The translations under genes were made by a program, and so were the position numbers. DNA of 13,292 nt, taken from positions 1-13,292 of the forward strand of contig JAWLBL010000057.1 of assembly GCA_041687695.1 (NCBI GenBank). Direction: 5' to 3'. Source of the DNA: Myxococcota bacterium (GTDB lineage: Bacteria; Myxococcota_A; UBA9042; PHBI01; JAWLBL01). Shown piece after piece: positions 1-6,219 of the stretch. How positions within the stretch are numbered: position 1 is the stretch's first letter; the number at the start of each line of letters is the position of its first letter. The notes below the pieces were generated by a model, which was not told where the DNA came from, made no database searches, and saw nothing but the letters and a program-made list of their open reading frames with translations.

Positions 1-342
1 CTGGCCGCCAAACCCGGCGCAGCAAGCTGCGCCGAATGGGGGCTCCACCAAGGTGGAGCACTCCGGTTGAGCTTTTGCGACACCCTCTGGAAGCCGGCGG
101 TCCCAGGGGGGCGCGCCGAGGGCAGCGGAGAGGCCGGGCCGGCTGGGAGAGGGTGTCGTGATGATGCCGGCGGAGACGGCTTGGAGTGCTCCGGCTTGCC
201 GGAGCCCCGGCCCCGGCGGCTTGCCGCCGGGATCTGGCCGCCAAACCCGGCGCAGCAAGCTGCGCCGAATGGGGGCTCCACCAAGGTGGAGCACTCCGGT
301 TGAGCTTTTGCGACACCCTCTGGAAGCCGGCGATCCCAGGGG
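1..342. repeat. Two direct copies (period 233 bp) of a palindromic intergenic element; the first copy is cut by the window edge
   Basis: 1-99 is identical to 234-332. After one mismatch (100/333), TCCCAGGGG matches again (101-109 = 334-342). Confidence 0.95.
148..321. mobile_element. MITE-like/REPIN-like non-autonomous element, about 174 bp
   Basis: Terminal inverted repeat AGAGGGTGTCG (148-158) / CGACACCCTCT (311-321). Inner inverted repeat GGAGTGCTCC (183-192) / GGAGCACTCC (288-297). Four perfect hairpins at 188-205, 212-231, 248-267 and 275-292, with TT, TT, AA, AA loops. No credible ORF. Confidence 0.65.
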
Positions 343-348
343 CGGGGA

Positions 349-1242
349 TCAGAGGAGGTCGGTGCGGAGGGCCGCGAAGAGGAGGGCGCCGGTGAGGAGG
401 GCGGCGAGGCGGTGGGCCAGGCGGGCGGCGGCCATGGGGCGGGGGGAGGCGCCGAGGCGGGCGAGGACGGCCGGGAAGGCGAGGACGTAGACGAAGGCCA
501 GGGGCCAGGTGAGGGGGGACAGGGCCGGGGTCGCGGCGGCGAGGGCGGTCAGCGACAGGCCGAGGGCGGCCGCGGCGAGGGCGCTGCCGCGGGGGCCGAG
601 CAGGAGGTAGGTCGTGCGGAGGCGGCCGCGGCGGTCGTCGTCGCGGTCGGCGGCCTCGTGGAGCAGCTGGTTCTGCAGGAGCAGGGCGCCGAAACAGAGG
701 GTGAGCGGCAGCATGTCGGCGGCGGCGGCGGCGGTGGGCAGGCCGACCCACAGCAGGGGGGCGAAGTTGGTCAGGTTGGCGAGGCTGCCCAGGACCGGGA
801 AGCGCTTGAGGCGCGGGCCGACCGAGTAGAGGACGCCCGAGGCGAGGCCGACCGCGGTGGCGAGGGCGGCGGGCCAGGGGGCGAAGGCGGCGGCGAGGGT
901 GGCCAGCGCGGCGAGGAGGGCGAGCGGGGCGGCGAAGGACTGGGGGGCGCCGCCGCCGACGATGGGGTTCTTGGCGGCGCTGGCGTCCATGTGGCGGTCG
1001 GCGAGGCCGTTGAGCAGGTAGCCGAAGGCCAGGACCGCGAAGGCGATGAGGACGCCGCGGGTGAGGGCGAGGGCGCTGGCGGCCAGCGGGGCGGCCGGGT
1101 CGTAGCCGGCCAGGGGCAGGAGCAGGAAGTGGGCCCAGTGGCGCAGGCGCGCGGCCTGCAGCCAGCCGGCGCGGGCCGCGGAGGGGCGGAGCGTCAGCGG
1201 GGAGGCGGCGGGGGCGGGGCTGCCGAGGGCCACGCGGCTCAC
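349..1242 (-). CDS. UbiA-family membrane prenyltransferase (about 297 aa)
   Basis: C-terminal part of track ORF 349..2073. Motifs YLLNGLADRHMD (NxxxDxxxD), LYSVGPRLKRFP and HEAADRDDDRRGRLRT, plus multiple hydrophobic helices. The GTG start at 1242 overlaps the upstream TGA (GTGA coupling). Confidence 0.88.
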   Translation of the reverse strand: MSRVALGSPAPAASPLTLRPSAARAGWLQAARLRHWAHFLLLPLAGYDPAAPLAASALALTRGVLIAFAVLAFGYLLNGLADRHMDASAAKNPIVGGGAPQSFAAPLALLAALATLAAAFAPWPAALATAVGLASGVLYSVGPRLKRFPVLGSLANLTNFAPLLWVGLPTAAAAADMLPLTLCFGALLLQNQLLHEAADRDDDRRGRLRTTYLLLGPRGSALAAAALGLSLTALAAATPALSPLTWPLAFVYVLAFPAVLARLGASPRPMAAARLAHRLAALLTGALLFAALRTDLL

Positions 1243-2300
1243 CCGGCGCGGGGCAGGGCCAGCGAGACCTCGATGGCGTGCCACAGGGCGCGGGGGTCGA
1301 AGGCGAGCACGTGGTTGACCTCGTGGGTCGGCACGCACGAGCAGCCCGGGCCCATCGGGGGCGGCATCTGGTGGAAGGCCTGCAGAAAGCCCTGCTGGCG
1401 GCCGTTGCCGGCGGTCTGCTGCCACTGGGTGAGCAGGCACGGGGCCACGGTGCCGTCGCTGAGGACGTAGCCGTAGTACTGGCCGGCGTAGCAGTCCTGG
1501 CAGGAGCCGAGGTAGCGGTGGTCTCGCTGGCGCTCGAGGATCTGGCGGGAATTGCCGACCGGCAGGCCGCGGTCCTTGAGGTCGAGCAGGTGCTGGGCGA
1601 GGCGGCGGATGCGCTCGTCGGACAGGCGAGGGGCGATGGGGGCGTCGACGTCGCAGTGCTTGTCGTGCTCGAGCTGGAAGAAGGCCTGGTGGCCGTAGGC
1701 TCGGGCGACGTCGAGGACGTGCTCGACGTTGTCGGCGCCGCTGGGGGTCAGGACGGTCATGGTGACCGCCGGGACGCGCCGCGAGGCGAGGGCGTCGAGG
1801 GCGCGCAGCACGCGGTCGTAGGAGCCCTTTCGGCGCTGGGTGTCGTGGACCTCGGGCGGGCCGTCGAGGGTGAGGCAGACCAGATCGAGCTTGGCCACGT
1901 CGTCGAGCATGTCGGGGACGAGCCAGCCGTTGGTGTTCATCGCGGTGTGGATGCCGCGGGCCTTCAAGTGGTCGATGATGGCGCCGACGTCGCGGTGGAT
2001 GAGCGGCTCGCCGCCGATGAGGCTGACGCGGCCCATGCCGCCGTCGCGGAAGGCGTCGATGGCGCGGCGCCACTCGTCGAGGGTCAGCTCTTCGCGGTGC
2101 TGCCCCGGGATGTCGCAGTACTCGCAGCGGAAGTTGCAGCGGTTGGTCAGCGACAGGGTCATCTGGAAGGGGCTCTTGCGCCCGAGCAGGCGGCGGGTGC
2201 CCAGCTGCAGGACGGGGACGCTCTGGCGGGCGAGGCGCGAGGCGCGCTGGGCCAGGACCCGGACCGAGGGGCGGCCGTCGCGTGGTGCGGTGGGGCTCAT
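1239..2300 (-). CDS. Radical SAM enzyme with a C-terminal SPASM/twitch-like Cys motif (353 aa)
   Basis: CNFRCEYC (CxxxCxxC), GGEPL, NTNG and C-terminal CYAGQYYGYVLSDGTVAPC...CSC. Confidence 0.93.
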   Translation of the reverse strand: MSPTAPRDGRPSVRVLAQRASRLARQSVPVLQLGTRRLLGRKSPFQMTLSLTNRCNFRCEYCDIPGQHREELTLDEWRRAIDAFRDGGMGRVSLIGGEPLIHRDVGAIIDHLKARGIHTAMNTNGWLVPDMLDDVAKLDLVCLTLDGPPEVHDTQRRKGSYDRVLRALDALASRRVPAVTMTVLTPSGADNVEHVLDVARAYGHQAFFQLEHDKHCDVDAPIAPRLSDERIRRLAQHLLDLKDRGLPVGNSRQILERQRDHRYLGSCQDCYAGQYYGYVLSDGTVAPCLLTQWQQTAGNGRQQGFLQAFHQMPPPMGPGCSCVPTHEVNHVLAFDPRALWHAIEVSLALPRAG

Positions 2301-2306
2301 GGCGTC

Positions 2307-2335
2307 ACGCTAGTGGAGCCTTTGGGCCGTGGCAA
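2307..2335 (-). promoter_or_regulatory. Putative sigma70-type promoter for a leaderless radical SAM-UbiA transcript
   Basis: Minus strand reads TTGCCA-N17-TAGCGT-N6-ATG(2300), with no Shine-Dalgarno sequence. Confidence 0.6.
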
Positions 2336-2350
2336 GTCGCGCCGGCGCGG

Positions 2351-3151
2351 TCAGTTCCAGTGGTACAGGGCGCGCCCGTCGGCGGCCGGGGCGAGGAAGC
2401 CGCCGAGGGTCCAGCGGGGGCGGTCGCCCTGGACCGGGGTGACGCGGTGGTAGTGGCGGCCGGCGTCGAAGATCAGGAGATCGCCGACGGCGGCGCGGGC
2501 GATGGTGGGCGGGTGCTGGGCGAGCAGGGCTTCGAGCTGGGGGCCGGCGCGGTCCATGCGGTTCAGGGCGGCGCCGGGGCCCTCGGCGTAGCGCAGGGGG
2601 TAGACCTCTAGCTCGCCGCCGGCCTCGGGGAGGGCGAGCGGGGTGTAGAAGCTGAGGGTGGTCAGGCGGGCCGTCTGCGGGGTGAGGTCGGCCATGGCGG
2701 GGAAGGCGGCGGTCTCGTTCTCGCAGTGCAGGCGGATGGTGCCGCCGGGGGCGAGCATGCGCAGGCCCATGGGGGCGTAGGAGCGGCCGGAGGCGTGGAC
2801 GGGGCGGCGGACCTGTCGGCCGGGGGCGAGGGCGGACAGGACCTCGCGCAGGCGCTGCTCGAGGTCGACGCCGGCGGCGGTGAGGGAGGCGAGGGCGTCG
2901 GCCTGGCCGAAGTAGGGGGTCAGATCGGGGCCCGAGACGATGAGGGTCGGGCCGTAGTTGCGGCCGGTGTAGTGGCCGGGGTCGAGGCCGGGGAGGTGGC
3001 CGGCGAGGGCGGCGTCGAGGACGGCGGCGGGGACGTCGGGCGGCAGGAAGCCGCGCAGGATGACGCCGGTCTGCTGGCCGGCGAGCAGGCGGTCGAGCAG
3101 CCCGGGGTCGGCGGCGGCCTGGTCGAGGGTCAGGTGCTCGATGGTCAGCAT
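2351..3151 (-). CDS. 2OG-Fe(II) oxygenase superfamily protein (266 aa)
   Basis: The real start is MLTIEHL within track ORF 2351..3646. HxE (LHCE), GGELEVY, GDLLIFD and distal His/Arg (YHRVTPV...RWT). Confidence 0.88.
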   Translation of the reverse strand: MLTIEHLTLDQAAADPGLLDRLLAGQQTGVILRGFLPPDVPAAVLDAALAGHLPGLDPGHYTGRNYGPTLIVSGPDLTPYFGQADALASLTAAGVDLEQRLREVLSALAPGRQVRRPVHASGRSYAPMGLRMLAPGGTIRLHCENETAAFPAMADLTPQTARLTTLSFYTPLALPEAGGELEVYPLRYAEGPGAALNRMDRAGPQLEALLAQHPPTIARAAVGDLLIFDAGRHYHRVTPVQGDRPRWTLGGFLAPAADGRALYHWN

Positions 3152-3158
3152 GGCGCGG

Positions 3159-3187
3159 ACGGTAGCACCGGGGTGGGGTGGGGACAA
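3159..3187 (-). promoter_or_regulatory. Putative sigma70-type promoter with extended -10, leaderless
   Basis: Minus strand reads TTGTCC-N17(ending TGC)-TACCGT-N7-ATG(3151), with no Shine-Dalgarno sequence. Confidence 0.55.
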
Positions 3188-3225
3188 TCGGAGGCGGGTG
3201 CGGTCGGCGGCGCGGGGGCGGGCGG

Positions 3226-5583
3226 TCAGGGTTGCTCGTGGCGGCGGCGCCAGGGGAGGCGGTGGGGGCGCAGGCCGGCGGTGGAGGGGCGGACGCGCTG
3301 GCCGGCGAGGAGGATGAGGTCGGGGGCGGCGAGGACGGACGGGTCGAGGCGCGGGTCGCGGCGGAAGAGGACCAGGTCGGCGGGGGCGCCCTCGGTGAGG
3401 CCGGGCTCGCCGAGGTAGGCGCGGGCGGTCCAGGAGGCGGCGCCGACGGCGGCGTCGGGGGACAGGCCCAGGGCGATGAGCTCGTCGACCTCGTCGGCGA
3501 CGGTGACCTCGGGGAACCAGTCGGTGCCGGCCAGGATGGGCACGCCGCGGGCGTGGGCGTAGGGGATGAGGTGCGCGAGGCGCTGCATCGAGCGCTCGAC
3601 CCAGGCGACCCGGTCGGCGTCGCCGTCGCGGCGGAGCTTTTGCCACATGGACATGGCGATGCCGGCGAGGGGGACCCAGGCGGTGCGCCGTCCGGGCGTG
3701 GGATCGGCGGCCATCTGGTCGATGAGGGGCTCGTCGAGGCCCCAGCCGTGCTCGAGGGAGTCGACGCCGGCCTCGAGGGCGACCTGGGCGCCGGCGCGGG
3801 TGAAGGCGTGGGCGGCGACGCGGACGCCCAGGGCGTGGACGGCGGCGACGGCGTCGGCCAGGACCGGCAGGGGGTAGGTGACCTCGTCGTCGGCGCCGAA
3901 GCCGGGGCGCTCCTTGCCGCCGAAGTCGTCGGTCCAGTCGGCGAAGACCTTGACCCAGCGGGCGCCGGCGTGGGCGCGGGCGAGGAAGGCGTCGCGGAGG
4001 CGGTCGGGGGGCGTGGCGGCGAAGGAGAAGGCGTCCGAGCGCAGGACGCAGGTGCCGGCGGCGTGGACGCGCGGCAGGCCGGGGGCGTCGCCCAGCGAGA
4101 GGACGGCGTCGCTGGAGGCGCCCAGCTCGCGCAGCAGGGTGACGCCGGAGCCGGCGTACAGGGCGCGCATGTCGTTCATGTAGGCCGCGGCGTGGGCGGG
4201 GGTGTCGGCGTCGTGGGCCCAGCTGACGTGGGCGTGGGCGTCGACCAGGCCCGAGCAGACGAAGCCGCCGGGGGCGGCCAGGGAGGGGGCGCCGGGGACG
4301 GGGTCGAAGGTGAGGCGGCCGTCAAGGACCCAGAGGTCGACCGGCGCGTGGCCGTCGGGGAGCAGGGTCGCGCGGAGGTGGAAGGCCTGGGTCGCGGGGG
4401 CCGGGGCGGCGGGCGCGGGCGGGTGGACGCGGGGCCAGGCGGGGCTTGCGGCGGGGTCGCCGGGGCTCAGGCCGGGGCCGAAGGAGGCCAGCAGGTGCTG
4501 CATGGTCGGGGTGGTGGGGCGCTTGACGCGGGCGCCGTCGGCGAAGAAGTGCAGGGCCAGGGCGACGCGCGGGGTGGCCGAGCGGTTGGGGGTGGCGCCG
4601 TGGAAGGTCCAGCCGTCGTGGAAGCTGACGTCGCCCAGGCGCAGGGGCGGCAGGTGGCGGACGGGCAGGCCGCGCTGGGCGATGACCTGGGTGAAGAGGG
4701 CCTCGCTGGCGTCGCAGATGTTCTCGATGTCGACCGGCGGGCCGAGGTGCGAGCCGAGGGCGAAGCGGAGCAGGCCCATGTCGGGCGAGGTGTCCTGCAG
4801 CGGGAGCCAGGCGGTGACGCTGGCGGCGGCGTCGAAGGGGTAGCAGACGGCGTCCTGGTGCCAGGGGGTGAGGGCGGCCTCGGGCTCCTTGACGAACCAG
4901 TCCTCGCAGAAGACGCGGACGGCGGGGACGCCCATGAGGTCGGCGGCCAGGCGGGCGAGGCGCGGGGCGTGGGCGAGGGCGCGGACGCGCGGGTCGTCGA
5001 GGCCGAGGTTGGTGACCTGGACGAAGGCGGCCGAGTAGGCGTCGGGGCGGCGGGACGGGGGCGGCAGGTCGGGGGGCCAGGCGCGCTGGAGGGCGACCTC
5101 TACGTCGGGGCGGGCGGCGAGGAGGACCTCGCGGTCGAGGGCGCCGCGGAGGAGGAGGTGGCCGTCGGCGCGGTAGGCGGCGCGCTGGGCGTCGGTCAGG
5201 GCGAGCGGGGCGGCGAGGTGGGCGCGGTGGCGTGGGGAGGGGAAGGCGGCGCCGTCGGAGGGGGCGGTCAGGGCGCGCGGGTCGAGCGGGTCGAGTGCGG
5301 CGGCGGCGAAGGCGGCCTCGAGGGCGTCGAGGGCGGCGTCGAGGAGCTGGCGCTGGGCGGGGGCGAGGCTGGCGCCGCCGGAGCGGTACTGGTAGGCGCG
5401 GGGGCCGACGGTGCGGTAGGCGGGCTGGCCGGCGGCGACGACGCGGAGCTCGAGGGGGCCGCCCTCGGTGTCGAAGGCGAGGGCGAGGCCCTCGCGGGTG
5501 GGCCACAGGTCGGACAGGCGCCAGCGGTCGCCGGTGCGCTGGGCGACCGCGGCGGCGAGGGCGCGCTCGACGGCGAGGTTCAT
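3226..5583 (-). CDS. Fusion of an unknown N-terminal domain, a PhyH-family (phytanoyl-CoA dioxygenase-like) domain and a metal-dependent amidohydrolase (785 aa)
   Basis: PhyH motifs FVKEP...TPWHQD, VTAWLPL and SFHDGWTFHGATPN...R. Amidohydrolase ligands GLVDAHAH, WVKVFA, AAHA, SLEHG and AGTD. The two are joined by the linker PPAPAAPAPA. Confidence 0.9.
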   Translation of the reverse strand: MNLAVERALAAAVAQRTGDRWRLSDLWPTREGLALAFDTEGGPLELRVVAAGQPAYRTVGPRAYQYRSGGASLAPAQRQLLDAALDALEAAFAAAALDPLDPRALTAPSDGAAFPSPRHRAHLAAPLALTDAQRAAYRADGHLLLRGALDREVLLAARPDVEVALQRAWPPDLPPPSRRPDAYSAAFVQVTNLGLDDPRVRALAHAPRLARLAADLMGVPAVRVFCEDWFVKEPEAALTPWHQDAVCYPFDAAASVTAWLPLQDTSPDMGLLRFALGSHLGPPVDIENICDASEALFTQVIAQRGLPVRHLPPLRLGDVSFHDGWTFHGATPNRSATPRVALALHFFADGARVKRPTTPTMQHLLASFGPGLSPGDPAASPAWPRVHPPAPAAPAPATQAFHLRATLLPDGHAPVDLWVLDGRLTFDPVPGAPSLAAPGGFVCSGLVDAHAHVSWAHDADTPAHAAAYMNDMRALYAGSGVTLLRELGASSDAVLSLGDAPGLPRVHAAGTCVLRSDAFSFAATPPDRLRDAFLARAHAGARWVKVFADWTDDFGGKERPGFGADDEVTYPLPVLADAVAAVHALGVRVAAHAFTRAGAQVALEAGVDSLEHGWGLDEPLIDQMAADPTPGRRTAWVPLAGIAMSMWQKLRRDGDADRVAWVERSMQRLAHLIPYAHARGVPILAGTDWFPEVTVADEVDELIALGLSPDAAVGAASWTARAYLGEPGLTEGAPADLVLFRRDPRLDPSVLAAPDLILLAGQRVRPSTAGLRPHRLPWRRRHEQP

Positions 5584-5611
5584 CGCGGCACGCGGCGTTG
5601 CCGGGCCATCC

Positions 5612-5914
5612 TCACGGCAAGGGCCCCGCGGGCGAGTCGTCGTCGAGGTCGAGCGCCAGGCGCAGGCCCGTGTTGCCCAGGAAGAAGAAGGGCGGCCAGC
5701 CGATGCGCCAGCTGTTGCGGTGGCTGATCTTGCTCATCTCGTTGCCGATGAAGCCGCCGCCGCGGGCGACGCGCCAGGCGAAGTGGCTGTTGCCTTCGGC
5801 GGATTGCTCGCGGGTGGGGCCGGTCGGGTCGGTGACCTCGGCGGGGGTGAGGGCGTAGGCGTTGGCCAGGTAGAAGTCGGCGACCCACTCGAAGTTGTTG
5901 CCGATCATGTCGAA
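5612..5914 (-). pseudogene. 3' fragment of a formylglycine-generating-enzyme (FGE-sulfatase/SUMF1) domain gene, truncated by the integrated element
   Basis: FDMIGNNFEWVADFY, RVARGGGF and GLRLA match the C-terminal FGE motifs (DMxGNxxEW, RGGxF, GFR). An in-frame TAG at 5926-5924 lies four codons upstream of FDM, so the N-terminal half is missing. Confidence 0.85.
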
Positions 5915-5964
5915 GGGGGCTGACTAGCAACGCCGGACGGGTAGACCGCTCAGGAGGTGTTGCC

Positions 5965-6219
5965 GTGACGAGCCCCAGACCCAACGACCCGCAGAACGTC
6001 AGGCCCATCGACACGTCGGCCGCCGACCGTCGTCTCGCCGAGCGCGCTGCCCGCGCCGCAAGCGAGCACCTCGGCCCATGGTCGGAGGAGCAGGTGGCCG
6101 CCTACGTGCAGGCGTGGATTAGCGCCCCGCCCGCCATCTACCGGGGGAAGACGATGATCCCGGTCGACGTGCACGGACTGGGCGTCGCTGCCGCTCTGGC
6201 CATCGGGGGTGGCCGGTGA
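5965..6219 (+). CDS. Small hypothetical protein (84 aa), translationally coupled to the recombinase
   Basis: AGGAGG at 5952-5957 precedes GTG 5965. Its stop overlaps the recombinase start (GTGATG, 6216-6221). Confidence 0.72.
   Translation: MTSPRPNDPQNVRPIDTSAADRRLAERAARAASEHLGPWSEEQVAAYVQAWISAPPAIYRGKTMIPVDVHGLGVAAALAIGGGR

Noticed and set aside
1..342. CRISPR array
   Set aside because: The repeat is about 100 bp or longer with only two copies, there is no repeat-spacer periodicity, and no cas genes are present.
1243..2073. N-terminal extension of the 574-aa ORF, and 3152..3646 of the 431-aa ORF
   Set aside because: Arg/Pro-rich off-frame translations overlapping real upstream genes; better starts exist at 1242 and 3151.
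5592..5603. 12-bp reverse-complement match (CGGCAACGCCGC) to the palindrome region at 9239-9250
   Set aside because: Short and GC-rich, so plausible by chance at this base composition; it also lies outside the element.
3178..5727. 849-aa plus-strand ORF, and similarly 412..1470, 1278..2453 and 2726..3418
   Set aside because: Antisense shadows of motif-bearing minus-strand genes in very GC-rich DNA; Gly/Ala/Val-rich with no motifs.
5900..5965. tRNA or tmRNA integration site
   Set aside because: No cloverleaf or T-loop motif is present; the junction lies within a protein-coding gene.
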